A DNA stretch of 64,000 nucleotides from Octopus vulgaris. Lineage: Eukaryota. The first letter of the stretch is position 1. Every line of letters begins with the position of its first letter. Under the pieces are notes generated by a model that did no database searches, was not told where the DNA came from, and saw only the letters and a list, made by a program, of their open reading frames with translations. The stretch is taken from the NCBI GenBank assembly GCA_951406725.2, contig OX597815.1, positions 72,788,001 to 72,852,000 on the forward strand, in the 5' to 3' direction. The translations under genes were made by a program, and so were the position numbers. Shown here piece after piece: positions 60,493-64,000 of the stretch.

Positions 60493-61963
60493 ATATACAC
60501 CCACGCCTTCTTCCTGGTAGTGCCCCAGTTTGGCCGCAGCCCAATGACTGAAGCGAATAACAAGATGTTGCTTTCTGTAGCGTGGAAATAAATAAACGTT
60601 AAATTTTGGGATCAAGGACGAAAAATCCAGGATCATGTTAAAAGAAGACGAAACGAAATGTGTTGGACCAAGATGATTAATGCAGCGGTGAGTGACTCAA
60701 AGTGCTATAGATCAGATTTGCATCGAACGGAACTTATTTTCAACCAAAAGGTAAAGTGTAACTAGAGCAAATCACTTGAAAATAAGGTATTGGAATTTTT
60801 TTTTATAAAACCAGCCTAATTACCGATGATGTTAATATACAAGGTGTTCAACTTATTATATACATGTATATCTCCCTCATGTATTTATATATATCGAGAT
60901 TAAAGTATAGTCACTATCTTCAGTAGGATATACTCGCGTAGACTAACCCAAGGTTTTAACGTCGATATGTAGAGCATTTGGAAAGGAATGAACGCCTCAA
61001 AATCATCAGAAGTTTTCCGTTAACTAGCATTTTAACAGCATGGATTGAAAACCATCTGTGGGTGAATGCATATACCTAAAATGAACAAATAACGTAATCT
61101 AGAATTTTTTTTTATTGCTAATTAAGGTTATTATAAAAAATACACAACTGCTTTCAAAATATTTTGATGCAATAATGGAGCAATAAGAAGATTAATTTAG
61201 CTGGCTGTTCATTTAGTTCATCATATAAATTTGTTCGCTGACATCATTTCCATTTTTTTTTTCTTTCAGCTTAAAATGCATTGATAAAGCATTCTCCCTC
61301 CTGTTAAATCAAGGGACTTCACGGACACAACAGATACTGTGAGTTTGATATATTTATTTAATATTTTGTTACAAATATCCATATATTTTATATTACATAT
61401 TAGCTGATGCTTTAAGTGTGAAGCAAGTCTAGAGGCTGAGGTCTATTTTACACAATAAACATACACCCAAATCGACTTTGTTCTATAACAGGGTGCGTGT
61501 ACGTGTGTAATTATTCAGATGGCGGGACAATTGTTAAAACGCCGGCCTGTGTAACTTTAAACTGACTTTATCAGAATCCTTGGTCGACGCACACATCCTT
61601 CATTTTTATTTACGGCTAACGAAAATGGATGCACCGTTTAATAATATCTGGAAGTAAGTAGTATAATGCGATACGAGTGGGAGGGTGAAAAAGATGACAA
61701 CTGAAACGTCTACCTTAGGTTAGAGATGTCAATGAACGGAGAGAGGGGGATGCGGTGAAGCTATCCACTCGGTCGCTTCCGGCTGTGAAGGCGCACCGCG
61801 CACTTCCTTACATAGGTATGACATTTCTGAAAATATAAATAGTATGCTGTGGCATTCATCCTTTCCCTTAAGGTGTTCGAGATGGAAGCAATTCAAACAG
61901 AAAATCAAAACAAGGGCTTGTACTTAACAAACACACACGCATTCCTTCTCACTAAGGTTTTAT

Positions 61964-62001
<38 letters not shown>

Positions 62002-62987
62002 GATTTGTTACAGATGTATTAAGGGGTCTCTTTCTCCCCACCACTCATACATCACGCAGATTTCTGACAAAGGTATTAGTGTATATTTCTCTTACTCTCA
62101 CACACACATTAACTTTGGTTTTAGACTGCGGGAATTGAAAACTATGCCAGCGAACAAAATAATTATATGTACCAGAGCAGACCAAGAAACCTAATGTAAC
62201 TTCGTATTACTAATTATTAATTAGATCTAAGAAGAAACTACCGTTCAAAACATTCTTGCAACAAGTCAGATACCCTGTCCATATAGAGTGGATAAATTAA
62301 AACTTAACAGGTTTTAATTTTTAGCAGAAAATAGGAATTTAGCTTGTCATTCCATTAAAAAATGGAATGAAGAAAAAAAACAAACTATTTCTAATTAAAA
62401 TAAATACACATCCCGGTGTTCAAAGTATATCATATATTTATAAATTTATCTCTCTGGTGGTATATCTTAGCTTCTGTGTTCACCCACACACTTTTTTTTT
62501 TAACCATAGGTGACTATAAGTGGTTGCTTATTGTTAAACGTAGTCGGCAAATGAGACAAATAAAATGAGTGCCAAATCAGACATTTCCGATCTGCACTGT
62601 TAAAACATCTTTTCAGTGGTTGTTTTTCTTTTTTAACAAAAAAAAAAGACAACAATCTCCCTAATCTGCAAACGTATAGCTCATGCCATCCATACAGTAC
62701 CCACCCCATCTATCATGATCTACATCTCTTTCTATATAGCTGCTCTGTTGTCCCACTTGAAAGTCAATGGGCACTTTATTTTCTTTTTTTTTTTTTAATT
62801 TACTTTTATTTATTTATTCTCTTATTCTCAGCTTTCTTATCGAGCCTTCCGATACCCCCCCCCCCCTATATATCTATTTATCTGCCTGTCTTTATATCTT
62901 TTCTTTCCTTCCTTTCTCTTAGGTCTCTGTCAGATATTGTTGACGGACACCTATTCATTACACACCGGTCCGCTATATAATGTGTAT

Positions 62988-63043
<56 letters not shown>

Positions 63044-63095
63044 GACGCAGTGTGCTACGAACACTATATATATATATAAATATATAATATGTGTG

Positions 63096-63126
<31 letters not shown>

Positions 63127-64000
63127 GTGTATATATATATATATATATATGCTATCTTGGAGAAAGTAAAAATTATCTTCACACTGGTACTTTGGATGTT
63201 CGGTCTTATCTATCTATCTATTATACACGTACACACATACATGTGTGCGCACGCTAATTTTGCTTTTTTATAATGTAAAGATTGATAGTAACTTCGAAGT
63301 TTTGGGTACATAGCCGTCATTAGATTAAATATGGTAGTCTTCTAAAACGTATTCACTGATCCTTCAATTTAATATTCGATTGTTATATATATAATATATA
63401 TGTATATAACTTTACAAAATCATTACGTTCTTGTATATAATAATATTCATAACAGTGTGTTCGGCCATTTTTCTTTTCTTCTTTCCTTAACTTTTAGATA
63501 GGAAAATAAAATACGAATAAAATTAATTTAAAAAACAAACAAACAAAAGAACGAGCTGAAGTAGAAAAAAAAATCTTGTGCCAACAGGACACTAACCTAA
63601 TTCGACTTTTAAGAAAGAATATAGACACATGCAACATTGTAGACAACAAAGAAAGAAGAACGAAAATCATTCATATCAATTTTGTTCTAATACTAGAAGT
63701 CTTTTTGCAGCAACTGTGTTTTTTTAATTAATTTTTTTTTCTATTTATTTTGCAGCACCAGATAAGCCAAATCCGTAACGTAGGGTTTCGATTCCCAGCT
63801 GCTGAAGTCATTTATTTTCACTTCAATCAAGAAGCTTAATAATTTTACCCTTGGCCAATCACTGCACGAATGTCATACAGTTCTCTCACTACACAACTAC
63901 TAAACTTCTGTAATTAATGAAGTTGTGGCTTTTGTATTTAAATAAATCATAATGATAATTGTTTTATTTTTTGTCTTTTAAGCACCCACAGAGAGAGAGA

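Noticed and set aside
52200-63300. Numerous YIYI/VCVC/THTH ORFs
   Set aside because: They are translations of (TA)n and (CA)n microsatellites.

Overview
This is eukaryotic (animal) genomic DNA: AT-rich and full of microsatellites and SINEs. The repeat families look like those of a coleoid cephalopod, probably Octopus; that assignment is inference from recalled repeat motifs, not a database result. The only supportable protein-coding sequence is the large first coding exon of Axin (minus strand, exon 4175..3104, ATG 4134). It encodes the tankyrase-binding motifs, the RGS domain and the LPTLxED motif; later exons lie left of the window. About 4.2-50 kb looks like CpG-depleted 5'-UTR intron. It holds at least three tRNA-derived SINE families, RTE, Ingi/Vingi-like and Penelope-like retroelement relics, mariner and hAT relics, MITEs and two minisatellite systems. 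Beyond about 50 kb CpG is retained and SINEs nearly vanish, consistent with a promoter or upstream region. I found no demonstrably new biological system. The best leads are: two conserved-Glu-to-Lys(AAG) positions in Axin that A-to-I editing could restore; two uORFs at the Axin start; a Cys-rich insert in Axin; minimal hammerhead-ribozyme-like motifs in short repeats; a CpG-rich 37/41-bp array with nested higher-order structure; and a young 115-bp inverted templated insertion. Repeat boundaries were read by eye and are approximate unless TIRs or TSDs are given.
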